Program-made: the position numbers and the translations under genes
Shown: positions 9,401 through 20,323 of the stretch, one piece after another
Position numbering within the stretch: position 1 is the first letter of the stretch
Layout of the letters: the number at the start of each line of letters is the position of its first letter
Assembly (NCBI GenBank): GCA_002269645.1
Contig: NIVC01001687.1
Span: 1 to 38,611 of the forward strand
DNA from: Macrostomum lignano
Taxonomy: Eukaryota
Direction of reading: 5' to 3'
Length of the DNA stretch: 38,611 nt
The notes under the pieces: generated by a model
Databases searched by the model: none
The model's input: the letters and a program-made list of their open reading frames with translations, nothing else
What the model was told of the DNA's origin: nothing

Positions 9401-12400
9401 CAAATGTTTGATTTCATTTTTAAGCGGTTTTATCATATTTGCCAGCAAAAAATCCATGCAGATGCATAGATAGTTGTTTACTGGGACCCTGAATTCAACC
9501 TAGACCTGCGTTAAAATTTAGAGATGCATTTAATTGAACTTTTACGAGTTGCGGGGGGCAAGGCCCACACGTAGAAACACGGTCACATCTGTGTCCGAGA
9601 GCTTCACAATCCGAAATAGATACGTCAAAATAAACACCCGAAAAGCTTTGCAATCAAAGAGGGATAAAATGGGATGGGATACCAGATGGGGATTTTATTC
9701 GGCCCCTCTGAAAGCAGAAATCCTCTCAAATGTGTGGGACTTTGAAGCATGCATGGGCTCATAGCTATAGCTGGCTATGCTCAGGGACTTTTCCAATTTT
9801 TATGCATAATAATATAGTAGCCAGAACTACTCGTAGTTCCTGCATTTACGAAATACGAATGACAGTTATGCATGCATACAGCGCGGCGGCTCGACGGCAG
9901 CTGATCCTGGGAAATCGAACTTTCATCCAATTACGAGCTTAGGATACTGTTGCATCCTACTGTCACAGAGCACGTTGGAGCGCCTCTCCGCTTCATAACG
10001 GCCAATACTGCTGAACTAATTGCATTCCACTCAATTTTGGGATGCCCGCTCTCATTTCTGTCCCACGAACTGGAGTTCACCTCGAGTTTGGGCTCCTTGT
10101 TGCACCAACTCACCCTTCACAAGCCGAAACCGTCCCATAACAACAACTCTGGCTTTCATTAAAAATACCTGACAGGGGTCCGCAAACTCCCTCGTCGCGG
10201 GCCACATCCAACCCATGCGAATCATCTCTATCCAGCTCTATCCATCGGGCCTTAAAACTTAACAATAGCGATCGGCTCAGGGTTTATGGCTCTTCTCATC
10301 TCTCTCCTCTCTCCTCTCTCCCTCTCCTCATCTCTCATTTCTCGTCTCCTCTTTTTCTATCTCCTCTATTCCCTTTCCTTTCCTCTCTCCTTTGCAACCT
10401 TGAGCTCTTTAGATAAAGAAGTTTGCGGACCATATACGTGGATACCAAACAAACAAAAATAAATCACTCACTGGTTCTTTAGCGCCTTTATACCCTCGTC
10501 CAAGTTGCTCTTGCTGTAGTTTCGCATGTATTCGGCCATTTGCGGAAAGTTCATCTTCACATTCTCCTCGGTGGCTCCGGACGGCACAGTGGCGAATCGG
10601 AATGGCGGTCTGTGCATGCCAGGCTCCATCAGACGCCAGTCATTGATGCCAGACAGGTCGTAGTATGACTCTTCAGCTATCATAAATGCCGCCAGGTTGG
10701 CCGTGTAGGAAGCCAGGAATACCAGGGCGAATAGAGCCCAGATGTTGCCAAGGAAACGGCTAGCTACGCCGCGGGGATTGTCGGCGTTCACCGCGGCGCC
10801 GAACAGCATTGACCAGATGAGCCATAGGGAACGAAACAGGCTGAACTTGTGCTCTGACAGAGTGTTTCGCGGATTGGTTTCGAAACTGCTATTATTGTAG
10901 GATTTGTGCAGAAATGGTGGTATTGATGATTAGGTAGTTGGATCAGAGGTTGTGTGTCGAATATCGGTGCTTGAGAAGCAGATGTGGTGAGATGGCATTG
11001 GTATTGTAGCTTAGAAATTGGTTTCTGTTGTAGAGAGCTTCATTTTTGATTGACAGCGCGAAATTATTTACGATATAGTTATTTAGTATATAGTCTTTTA
11101 ATCGGCAGTACTGCTCGACGCTTGAACTCCAATAAGAAGTCATCACTCACCTCTGGGCGGCACGTTGCCTCTGTCGAGGCCCTGGGGGCTGAGCCACTCA
11201 AACAGAAACAGAGCTGCTCCGCACGCGTGCACGGAGAACACCAGGATTAAACACCAGGATGGATAGTCGTACGGCTCTGCAACAGTGGTTGACAGTCAGT
11301 ATACGCTCCAGTCTCAAGAATTAAGACAGAAGCATTGTACCATTCCACAGTTTGGTTCTGTTTTTGAAACTCACTGAGAAAAGCCCTAGTGGAGATCGCG
11401 CCCTCTCTCAGCGCTACCAAGATGGTGATGCCGGTGCGTTGGTAGGGCACGCTGAACTCGATCTGCTCGCTCCTATTCGGTGTGATCTTCAGTGCAGTCA
11501 GCACCATGTCAGCCTTGCCCTCCAACAGAACGCGGACCAGCCCATTCCAACCCTGCGCCTGTACAGAAGTTTGTTTAATCGAAAATGCGTATGTTAAGAG
11601 CGACAAGTTTCAGATGTTTCTAAGGGCAAGGTTAAAAGTGCTCGTAATTGGTTGTTTTGGTGTTAAAATCTCACGGAATAGTTTTGTTTTCCTGTAGTAT
11701 TTTTCGAGGAAGTAAGGTACAAAGATGCTCTCTCTAGACGGGCCATTATTTCCTTTGATATTTTATTAGATTTTAATTTAGAGCAAATTTAGTAAGTAGA
11801 AGAACCGCATCCCTAATCTTTCAAGCTATGCACGTTTGGAATTTCAAGGCACTTTTATTAAAGTTTACTTACCGTCCAGCCGCCCCACTTTTTGTCCGGC
11901 ACCTCAAACAGATCCACGTCGAAGTCCAGGTCCTTCATCAGCTCTCTGAGTAGGTCAATAGACAGGCCGGAGCAGCAGTTGAATTGGTAGCGGCCAGATC
12001 CGTCCAGCTTAGTGATATTGTCAGCGTTCGACCAATGAAACTCGCTAGCATTGCTCATTACTACGCGACATTTCAGCGACGTCTCGCCACAGCGGCCGTC
12101 CGCCTCTAGCGGTCTGTAAGTGATGAACGGGTCCTCCTCGAGAGTGGCCACTCGCATGAGATACTTCTTCGGCCGGCCGATCGGTGGCGTCTTCGAATAT
12201 CCCGGCCAGATGACGCTGTCGATTCTGAAGCTGGTGCGACTGGGCGACTCGTGCCGGCTGCTCATGCTCCAACTGCCCACCGGAAACCAGCGAGTTTGAT
12301 TTTTCTTAATTTGGCTGTTTACCAGAACAAACTGTGTGGTGTTAATCACACCATTGCTGTTGAATCCAATGTACTCTCTGCGTTCGATATCGTCGCACCT

Positions 12401-15319
12401 ATAGCAGTGGCCTGCAGTCTTGGCCAATCTGAAATTATTTGTCAACTTACTCTTAAAAACTTCATTCAATATGGACTATTAATGTTTGGTGTTTCTGTAT
12501 TTCGTAGAGCGCTCAAAGAATTTTACATCAAATGAAGCAAAGATCAACCGAAGACAGACAAGCTGTAGTAAGAAGTAGTAGCAGGTATTTAGATACTTAC
12601 TTTGTTATGTGCTTTCCATACTCCCAGAACTGTCTGCGATAATCGCTATGCTTATACGTGAAATTGGGATGCAGTCGCCCCAAGACGGTTGACTCGTCTA
12701 ATCTGCTAGAATTGAGCAGCTGGCCCTTGTACTTGCGCATCGCCTCGTACCACACATAGGCGGCCGCTTCTGCAGCCTTGCTGATGTCGGGCGTGTAATA
12801 GAAGCCTGTCGTGAAATCAGATTATTGTTTAGAAAGCATTTACTAGTTATTGGATACTTGCGAGTCTAGCGCTAATCAGTCCATACCGAACAAGCCCGGC
12901 AGGTGCTCCTTCTCCAAGCCAGTGGTGAAGCCGTCCTTGATATTTTCCGACGGACTAACGATGGCAGGCGGAGAAATTAGCCAGACGTATTCGTTGCCAA
13001 ACAGGTGCAGCAGCCCGGTGTCCTTGGCCGCTTTGTAGAGCAGCATGAGATCAGAGCTGAGAGAATGGAAGCATCGAGTGGCACTATGTGAACTACTGAA
13101 TGTGGTTTTAATTTAATAATTTGGGGACGTCTCACCTCACGCCGTATAAAATGAAAATTCGCTCCTCTGTGTTGTATAGCTGTCTCAAAATTGATTTGTA
13201 TCGCCAGATGCAGCGACTGTCTTCTGGGCAAGTTCGAACTTCGCTTAATTTATTGATTCCGGGAAACTTCAGCACCCTGGTGATTTCAAACCTGTAATAA
13301 AGAGGAGCATTTGTCAACAAAAGTCGGTACTATACCGGTGCTATATCTTTTTGCGATCTAATCTCTAAAAACCGTAGTTTATTTTGCCAAAACTGCGACC
13401 TAGTTTGCCGGAGAAAACTTTTTATTTAGAATCAATTTAGGAGTGAATGAACTGAACAGTACTAACACACACGAAGAGAGAGAGGTTCGCTGCGTTGTAG
13501 CGTTCGCTGCTTGGGCCAAGTTTCTGTCAGCGACTTCACATTGGATGGCAGTTGACCTGAATTCTCTGTCTTAAGCTCTGCCTGCTCGGCAGCTGCTGAA
13601 TTGATACAGGGTGAATATTTTGGCAGAAAATAGCAGCTTATCCATGGTCATTGGCTAGATTAGTCTATGGCTCAAGCTGGGGTCGTAATGGGCTCGCCAA
13701 TACGTGGCAGCTAGGCAAATGAAAATACGATTACGACTCCTCACTTGAAAGCGCTCGAGTCAGTGAGTCGCTGCGAAGACTCCGCCGACTCTTTCATGTG
13801 CTGAATCATTTCAGCGTGGCCGGGCAGGTTCTCTGACACAATCAGGGTCGCCTTCTCCCAGTTGAACTCTTGAAGAAAGTCACTGAATGCCTGAGCGACG
13901 TGCCAGGTGGAGGGCTCAAGACGCAGGCAGAGGCTGTCTTTTTCCGACTACAATTGTTTTTCGAAAGTTTTATAACGTAGGTAGATTAGCTATATTTAGT
14001 GCGTTCAATAAAAAACCTGAGATACTTGAAAATCTACAGATATTCCGTCTTAATCTGCTTAACTCACTTGTCAGCCCATCTCACCCTTTCACCCAACTCA
14101 CGCCTCTACTCATCTACCTACCTACCTTCGCCATGTACTCCCTAGCAAACTCCAGTAAAAAATTTTTTTCAAGGTGTGTTTAAAATATTTTGCAACTATT
14201 AGTGCCAAGTTTTGTCAGTCAGCAGACGCTCATTTGGCAGCTTGCCCTCACTCGTGCGTTAGTAAAGATTAAAGTGCAAAAAATCTTCTGAGATGGCAAG
14301 TAGTTGGGTGAATTGCAGAACATTAAATTTTTGCAATAACCGGAATTTCTATGATGTCTACTTAGACTCTTTGTAGCTAAGCAACTTAAACATGCAACAT
14401 GCCGATAATAAAAAACGCCGCAATATGGGATTCAATTAGAAACAAACCAACTCGATGCAGGTTTATACCGTTTCATGATTAACTGCCGGTTGCTAAAAAA
14501 AACAGTGCGATGGTGCGAGCTTTGCAGCGGTTTTTCCAAGCAGAATTTCTTATAACTAGTTGGTTGTCTGATACCTGCGTTAGGTCAATTTTTAATGAAC
14601 ATTTTAATAGACACACTTGGGCCATAAGTTCTTGACTACAAGCTACGAGTATAAATTAAGACACCTGAACAGGGTGGGTATCTTAAATTTCCACTGGCAC
14701 TGTTAAATAGCCAAACATGACATCTGCAATAGCTATGTAGGCATTTATTGACTTATTGATAGATGCACTGTAATATGGCATCTAAACTAACTCGAATCGA
14801 CTCGACACCTCGTTCCTTAGGCCACGTTAACTGCACTCACTTCAAGCTGTCCCACGGCGTTAGCCAGGTATGTAAACGCGGGAATGCCAAGAGAGTTGAT
14901 GTTCAACAGGAAGTAATTGACCGTCATCAGCAGTCGCTTCGTGCCCAGTTGCTGCGGATGAGTGACGTGACCACCACCGCGTTTCCAAATTTGCCGTCGT
15001 CCACTTTGAGGCTTTTTAAAACCCATCCGAGGATTTTGCTCGGCGGCTCTGGAAATTTGGGTTCTATGGCAAATTCGTGCAGCAGAAACTCGAAAGCCTC
15101 ATCGTTGGCCTTCTGCTTGCTGGACAATCGGGTCTGGATCTCGTTCAGTCGGATTGAAAATGCGTTGCTTGCCTGGCGCGAGTCTTTCTCCAGGCAGATA
15201 TAGTTCAAGGCTATTTTGCGAAGCGCTCTCTGCGATTCAGAGCGAGTTGGGCCGAGGAGACAAACCAGCAATTGCGGAAGCAGCAACAGTCGCAGGAGCA
15301 GCGGAGATAGGGCCACCAT
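2999..15319 (-). CDS. GRIN2-like: Ionotropic glutamate receptor, NMDA type, invertebrate GluN2-like subunit; 13 coding exons, about 1236 aa after correcting two 1-bp frameshifts
   Basis: Signal peptide (MVALSPLLLRLLLLPQLLVCLLG), ATD, S1 (GLSIDLL...DKKWG...WNGLV...LKITPNRSEQIEFSVPY), M1-M2-M3 (SYTANLAAF), S2 (GATE, IYDATVL, GYGVGFPKGS), M4 and a C-tail ending ESVL. All 12 introns are GT-AG with mutually consistent phases. An alternative upstream in-frame ATG lies at 15367. Confidence 0.93.
3732..4262 (+). mobile_element. hAT-like MITE (CAGGGG-type TIR family) with an internal 43-bp tandem expansion and CT-rich tract
   Basis: Right end ttgccaacccctg (4250-4262). Internal ggtccgcaggccacatgcggccc motif and CT-rich stretch are shared with copies at 10173, 18885 and 36295. 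The left TIR is degenerate. Confidence 0.6.
3794..4065. repeat. 43-bp tandem repeat, 6 copies plus a partial copy
   Basis: Unit ctatccggccctcggtcttttgaagcatcccaataggcaatag starting at 3794, 3838, 3881, 3924, 3967 and 4010. Confidence 0.95.
4420..4759 (-). CDS. GRIN2-like: GluN2-like exon 12 (cytoplasmic tail); one 1-bp frameshift at a G5 run near 4551-4555
   Basis: cag|SMGQLLSFEQSVNQTVDLMKHHKCKNPICETQQWKLRHELE...QQQ then LRHLADQQSPVQ...GYLEISANS|gtctgc. The length of 340 bp is one short of that required by the flanking phases. Confidence 0.82.
4930..5118 (-). mobile_element. 3' part of a tRNA-derived CORE-type SINE, split by the Crypton-like insertion
   Basis: The reverse complement matches 24494-24650 (cattgcttcagttcaccc...gtaaaatgggtgccagcattagctggggtaattgag...ggctgagctgtcggttgca) and ends in an (ATT)n-like tail. 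Confidence 0.9.
5474..6948 (+). CDS. Tyrosine recombinase of Crypton (DUF3504/CryptonA-like) type, about 492 aa after correcting four 1-bp losses between 6025 and about 6230
   Basis: LGEYLRFYYFGLKKSDGSLYSPATLVCIRAGVQRYL; PIEDGDLRKIRQHFDRSTAEKLQDEVIFFVIFYTLGERGQEHL (box I Arg, reconstructed across shifts); LPTKNQ (Lys); YTNHCIRVT (HxxR); TGQRS; VRRY (Tyr); C-terminal FANCSFSNCTFNL. Confidence 0.85.
6667..6732 (+). repeat. In-frame 33-bp tandem duplication in the recombinase C-terminal tail
   Basis: gactgctgtcagcactagt(t/c)ttcaacgtgacgt x2, encoding TAVSTS(F/L)QRDV twice. Confidence 0.9.
7430..7543 (-). mobile_element. 5' part (tRNA-like head with A and B boxes plus start of CORE) of the split SINE
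   Basis: Minus strand gaggtcgtagctcagtggttagagcgtcggactcacgacgtgaaggtcgggggttcgattc...tgtgtccttgagcaagacgcttaaatctgcattg, co-linear with 24381-24498. Confidence 0.9.
8679..8914 (-). CDS. GRIN2-like: GluN2-like exon 11 (end of S2, M4)
   Basis: tag|LLERWSKYWFTGAC...TLGVKNFISAFILLIGGMLLCCLLLLLEHWFYRYMRPRLKDFDKYGCCGLVSI|gtgagt. Confidence 0.94.
9216..9397 (-). CDS. GRIN2-like: GluN2-like exon 10 (S2)
   Basis: cag|EIDAFIYDATVLQYRVGKDKDCKLKTVGNWYSMTGYGVGFPKGSEWKPDIDSQILIYRKNG|gtgcgt. Confidence 0.95.
10173..10431 (+). mobile_element. hAT-like MITE with CT-rich interior
   Basis: TIR caggggtccgcaaact (10173-10188) pairs with agtttgcggacc (10420-10431); gcgggccacat motif; CT-rich tract 10290-10390. 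Confidence 0.7.
10472..10853 (-). CDS. GRIN2-like: GluN2-like exon 9 (M2 pore loop, M3, start of S2)
   Basis: HKFSLFRSLWLIWSMLFGAAVNADNPRGVASRFLGNIWALFALVFLASYTANLAAFMI...FATVPSGATEENV...|gtgagt. Confidence 0.96.
11151..11276 (-). CDS. GRIN2-like: GluN2-like exon 8 (M1)
   Basis: cag|PYDYPSWCLILVFSVHACGAALFLFEWLSPQGLDRGNVPPRE|gtgagt (translated by hand). Confidence 0.93.
11375..11558 (-). CDS. GRIN2-like: GluN2-like exon 7 (S1)
   Basis: cag|AQGWNGLVRVLLEGKADMVLTALKITPNRSEQIEFSVPYQRTGITILVALREGAISTRAFL|gtgagt. Confidence 0.95.
11873..12428 (-). CDS. GRIN2-like: GluN2-like exon 6 (end of ATD and S1)
   Basis: FNSNGVINTTQFVLVN...VIWPG...YLMRVATLEEDPFIT...CCSGLSIDLLRELMKDLDFDVDLFEVPDKKWGGWT|gtaagt. 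Confidence 0.93.
12601..12805 (-). CDS. GRIN2-like: GluN2-like exon 5 (ATD)
   Basis: cag|FYYTPDISKAAEAAAYVWYEAMRKY...FWEYGKHITK|gtaagt; phases 1 and 2. Confidence 0.85.
12887..13056 (-). CDS. GRIN2-like: GluN2-like exon 4 (ATD)
   Basis: cag|SDLMLLYKAAKDTGLLHLFGNEYVWLISPPAIV...EHLPGLFG|gtatgg. Confidence 0.88.
13136..13291 (-). CDS. GRIN2-like: GluN2-like exon 3 (ATD)
   Basis: cag|FEITRVLKFPGINKL...ILRQLYNTEERIFILYGVS|gtgaga; phases 2 and 2. Confidence 0.85.
13745..13947 (-). CDS. GRIN2-like: GluN2-like exon 2 (ATD)
   Basis: tag|SEKDSLCLRLEPSTWHVAQAFSDFLQEFNWEKATLIVSENLPGHAEMIQHM...SAFK|gtgagg; phases 0 and 2 fit the neighbouring exons. Confidence 0.85.
14841..15319 (-). CDS. GRIN2-like: GluN2-like exon 1 (signal peptide and start of ATD); one internal 1-bp frameshift near 14935-14965
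   Basis: ORF 14927-15367 gives the signal peptide. ORF 14817-15026 gives LMTVNYFLLNINSLGIPAFTYLANAVGQLE, then a gtgagt donor. The length of 479 bp is one short of 3n. Confidence 0.8.
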
Positions 15320-15388
15320 CTCTCTGTTCTGGAAGAGCAAAGAACCAGGCCTGCAGTACTCGTACATTTACTGATGAATGAGGCATAT

Positions 15389-16005
15389 TTCAGCAGATAA
15401 GACACTCTTTCAGCAGATGAGACACTCTTTCAGCAGATGAGACACTCTTTCAGCAGATGAGACACTCTTTCAGCAGATGAGACACTCTTTCAGCAGATGA
15501 GACACTCTTTCAGCAGATGAGACACTCTTTCAGCAGATGAGACACTCTTTCAGCAGATGAGACACTCTTTCAGCAGATGAGACACTCTTTCAGCAGATGA
15601 GACACTCTTTCAGCAGATGTGACACTCTTTCAGCAGATGAGACACTCTTTCAGCAGATGTGACACTCTTTCAGCAGATGAGACACTCTTTCAGCAGATGT
15701 GACACTCTTTCAGCAGATGAGACACTCTTTCAGCAAATATGACACTCTTTCAGCAGATGAGACACTCTTTCAGCAGATGAGACACTCTTTCAGAAAATGA
15801 GACACTCTTTCAGCAGATGAGACACTCTTTCAGCAGATGAGACACTCTTTCAGCAGATGAGACACTCTTTCAGAAAATGAGACACTCTTTCAGCAGATGA
15901 GACACTCTTTCAGCAGATGAGACACTCTTCAGCAGATGAGACACTCTTTCAGCAGATGAGACACTCTTTCAGCAAATGTGACACTCTTTCAGCAGATGTG
16001 ACACT
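15389..16005. repeat. 20-bp minisatellite, about 31 copies
   Basis: Unit ttcagcagatgagacactct with occasional gatgt, aaat and gaaaat variants. Confidence 0.97.
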
Positions 16006-16666
16006 AATTCAAACGTTACAAAAAATCACAATTTTTAATGAAGCCCCCCTCCTCAACCCCCTCCTCAACCGAAAACAAAATATGCTCATATTTGAGCCTC
16101 CTAAACCTAGAATTCGAGACAGAAGAGAAATAAATTTCTGGTTTGGATTGAATCAACTGCGAATCATGGTTTTTCTCAGTTTCTTAGACTACAAGCCAGC
16201 TGTTTCGCATGACAATAAGGCAAACCCAGGCCAACCCTTGATTTGTGCAGGTGGGCAATCAGGTGTAACAGGAGAAAGTGGAATGGGAACGGGAGATATA
16301 TCCCTGCCTCACTAGGAGGTGATGCCTGTCGAATAGGTGCAGAATAAAGTTAAGGGGTGAATTCTCCGCAAGGGAAAGCCAGCTTCTTTGCGTTAACGAT
16401 GAAGCTCTCCGGATATGATTTCGTACACCTGCAGTTCTGTGCCTCACCTAATCCCTAAGTCTCTCGATCCAGCCTCTCCATTCGTATCTTCCCTCCGATA
16501 TCTTCCAGAAAAATTTGGCTTGGCATCGCTACATCCCCGGACTTCCTTATTGAATTTTTTCTTTGCGTCCTGAACACTTTGTTACAGAATAGGAACAACG
16601 TGTACTTTTTAGAAATTAAACCTTGTTCGAGGTTCCATTGAGAAACGCTCAAAAAATTGTTTGAAA

Positions 16667-18363
16667 GGGGAAATCAGGGACTGCATCCAGCTGTTCCAAC
16701 TGGGAAATGAGGGACTGCATCCAGCTGTTCAATTGGGAAATGAGGGACTGCATCCAGCTGTTCCAATTGGGAAATGAGGGACTGCATCCAGCTGTTCCAA
16801 TTGGGAAATGAGGGACTGCATCTAGCTGTTCCAATTGGGAAATGAGGGACTGCATCCAGCTGTTCCAACTGGGAAATGAGGGACTGCATCCAGCTGTTCA
16901 ATTGGGAAATGAGGGACTGCATCCAGCTGTTCCAATTGGGAAATGAGGGACTGCATCTAGCTGTTCCAATTGGGAAATGAGGGACTGCATCCAGCTGTTC
17001 CAATTGGGAAATGAGGGACTGCATCTAGCTGTTCCAATTGGGAAATGAGGGACTGCATCTAGCTGTTCCAATTGGGAAATGAGGGACTGCATCCAGCTGT
17101 TCAATTGGGAAATGAGGGACTGCATCCAGCTGTTCAATTGGGGAAATGAGGGACTGCATCCAGCTGTTCCAATTGGGAAATGAGGGACTGCATCCAGCTG
17201 TTCCAATTGGGAAATGAGGGACTGCATCCAGCTGTTCCAATTGGGAAATGAGGGACTGCATCCAGCTGTTCCAACTGGGAAATGAGGGACTGCATCCAGC
17301 TGTTCCAATTGGGAAATGAGGGACTGCATCCAGCTGTTCCAATTGGGAAATGAGGGACTGCATCCAGCTGTTCCAATTGGGAAATGAGGGACTGCATCCA
17401 GCTGTTCCAATTGGGAAATGAGGGACTGCATCCAGCTGTTCAATTGGGAAATGAGGGACTGCATCCAGCTGTTCCAATTGGGAAATGAGGGACTGCATCC
17501 AGCTGTTCCAATTGGGAAATGAGGGACTGCATCCAGCTGTTCAATTGGGAAATGAGGGACTGCATCCAGCTGTTCCAATTGGGAAATGAGGGACTGCATC
17601 AGCTGTTCCAATTGGGAAATGAGGGACTGCATCCAGCTGTTCCAATTGGGAAATGAGGGACTGCATCCAGCTGTTCCAATTGGGAAATGAGGGACTGCAT
17701 CCAGCTGTTCCAATTGGGAAATGAGGGACTGCATCCAGCTGTTCCAATTGGGAAATGAGGGACTGCATCCAGCTGTTCCAATTGGGAAATGAGGGACTGC
17801 ATCCAGCTGTTCCAATTGGGAAATGAGGGACTGCATCCAGCTGTTCCAACTGGGAAATGAGGGACTGCATCCAGCTGTTCCAATTGGGAAATGAGGGACT
17901 GCATCCAGCTGTTCCAATTGGGAAATGAGGGACTGCATCCAGCTGTTCCAATGGGGAAATGAGGGACTGCATCCAGCTGTTCCAATTGGGAAATGAGGAA
18001 CTGCATCCAGCTGTTCCAATTGGGAAATGAGGGACTGCATCTAGCTGTTCCAATTGGGAAATGAGGGACTGCATCCAGCTGTTCCAATTGGGAAATGAGG
18101 GACTGCATCCAGCTGTTCCAATTGGGAAATGAGGGACTGCATCCAGCTGTTCCAATTGGGAAATGAGGGACTGCATCCAGCTGTTCCAACTGGGAAATGA
18201 GGGACTGCATCCAGCTGTTCCAATTGGGAAATGAGGGACTGCATCCAGCTGTTCCAATTGGGAAATGAGGGACTGCATCCAGCTGTTCCAATTGGGAAAT
18301 GAGGGACTGCATCTAGCTGTTCCAATTGGGAAATGAGGGACTGCACCTAGCTGTTTCTGGGAA
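16667..18363. repeat. 34-bp minisatellite, about 50 copies
   Basis: Unit tccaattgggaaatgagggactgcatccagctgt with 1-bp indel and SNP variants. It explains all the MQSLISQLEQLDAVPHFP... ORFs. Confidence 0.97.
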
Positions 18364-18884
18364 ATTTAAGATTCTTCCTTTGAAGAGCTCACTCTAAATT
18401 TTAGTTTGAATATTTTATGGATAAAATACTATTATTTTTTGAATCTCAGCTCAGTTGAGTAGCCAGCCCCGGCCCTAGCTCAGAATTTCATTTAATTTCA
18501 TTGCCTGCCAACTGGTCTCTGCTCTGCCAAGGAGTGGGGCGGCTCCTCCAACTGCAGATCTTCTTTTAGCCAGTTGAGGTCCGCAGCGCCACTCTGCCAA
18601 ATTGAACGCCGCCGAGTCGGTGGCCACCTGCTGCAGTGCTGGGCCACTCGACTTCAGCTGCTGGCCGAATCACCAACCCACCCCCCCCCCAAGGCCAAGT
18701 GAGTCCCTACATGGAGACCCACCACAACCAAAACTTGGAGTAAGCAACTCCCAATTTTCTGACAATTCTTTTCTGACTTTTCTTAGGCTTTTTTTACACA
18801 CTAGTGATAGACAGGTGTGGTAATGACAGAATGGAGTTTTGAATATACACACAAAATGAAACTAGTTATATCAGAGTTCGACAA

Positions 18885-19765
18885 ACTCCAGCCTCTTTAT
18901 CCGGCCCTCGGGTCCTTTGAAACTTCACAATAGCAAAACGGCCCGCTCAGGGCTTGTGTCTCTTCTCAACTCTCTTCTCTAATCTCTCCTCTCCTCTCCT
19001 CTCCTCTCCTCTCTCTCCTCTCTCTCCTCTCCTCTCCTCTCCTCTCCTCTCCTCTCCTCTCTCTCTCCTCTCCTCTCCTCTCCTCCTCTCCTCTCCTCTC
19101 TCTCTCTCCTCTCCTCTCCTCTCTCTCCTCTCCTCTCCTCTCCTCTCCTCTCCTCTCCTCTCCTCTCCTCTCTCTCCTCTCTCTCCTCTCTCTCCTCTCC
19201 TCTCCTCTCCTCTCCTCTCCTCTCCTCTCCTCTCCTCTCCTCTCCTCTCCTCTCCTCTCCTCTCCTCTCTCTCTCCTCTCCTCTCCTCTCCTCTCCTCTC
19301 CTCCTCTCCTCTCCTCTCCTCTCTCTCCTCTCCTCTCCTCTCCTCTCTCTCTCCTCTCCTCTCCTCTCCTCTCTCTCCTCTCCTCTCCTCTCCTCTCCTC
19401 TCTCCTCTCCTCTCCTCTCCTCTCCTCTCCTCTCCTCTCCTCTCCTCTCCTCTCCTCTCCTCTCTCTCCTCTCCTCTCCTCCTCTCTCTCCTCTCCTCTC
19501 CTCTCCTCTCCTCTCCTCCTCTCCTCTCCTCTCCTCTCCTCCTCTCCTCTCCTCTCCTCTCTCCTCTCCTCTCCTCTCTCCTCTCCTCTCCTCTCCTCTC
19601 CTCTCCTCTCCTCTCCTCTCCTCTCCTCTCCTCTCCTCTCCTCTCCTCTTCTCTTCTCTCCTCTCCTCTCCTCTCTTCTATTCTCTTCTCTCCTCTTCTC
19701 TTCTCTACTCTCCTCTCTTCTCCTCTCCTCTCCTCTCCTCTTCTCTCCTCTCCTCTCCTCTCCTC
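18885..19765 (+). repeat. Roughly 800-bp (CTCTC)n polypyrimidine tract grown out of the CT-rich interior of a hAT-like MITE copy
   Basis: tatccggccctcgggtcctttgaaacttcacaatagcaaaacggcccgctca (about 18898-18949) matches the MITE interior at 36320-36362 and 4010-4068, and is followed directly by pure C/T sequence to about 19765. Confidence 0.9.
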
Positions 19766-20323
19766 AGCCTACAGTTCAGCCTACAGCCTACAGTCAGCCT
19801 ACAGTTGTCTCAATATAGGGAGTTGCTACTCCAGATTTTGGTTGTGAGTCTCCTTGGTAGTTCACTGCCCCCGCGAGTAAGTCACGGCACACTCTGCCTG
19901 CACCCCCTCTTGGCTGCCAGAGCTCGGGGCAGGAAGGCGGCTTAGAAACCAGCAGCAGCTGCCGCAACAGCTCAACACTGTGCGACACTCACTGAGAGCT
20001 CCTCGAGAGCCGCTCGGTCAACTAAACTGACACTCACTTGAGGACTTGAAGACGTTAGTTGGAGTTTTACTATGTGTCTCAGGGGCCATAGGGGGCATTC
20101 TTGCCTATCTGCTCAGCCAAACGATCTAATTTGTCAATCTGAAGAGCTAGAGGATTAGGCCTCTGAACTCACGCGATATACTTTTCCCCTCCCCTATCTT
20201 ACGCCGCACCCTGCTGCCAAACCAGAGTTTCCTCCTGAAGCGTTTGATCGGTAATTATTTGCCATTGTTTGAGCAAACGGTTCCAGGAGAGCAAAGCAGA
20301 TCAGAGAAACCGATGGCACGATT

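Noticed and set aside
16649-18346. Long MQSLISQLEQLDAVPHFP ORFs as protein genes
   Set aside because: They are entirely explained by a stop-free 34-bp unit, and frames break at random unit indels.
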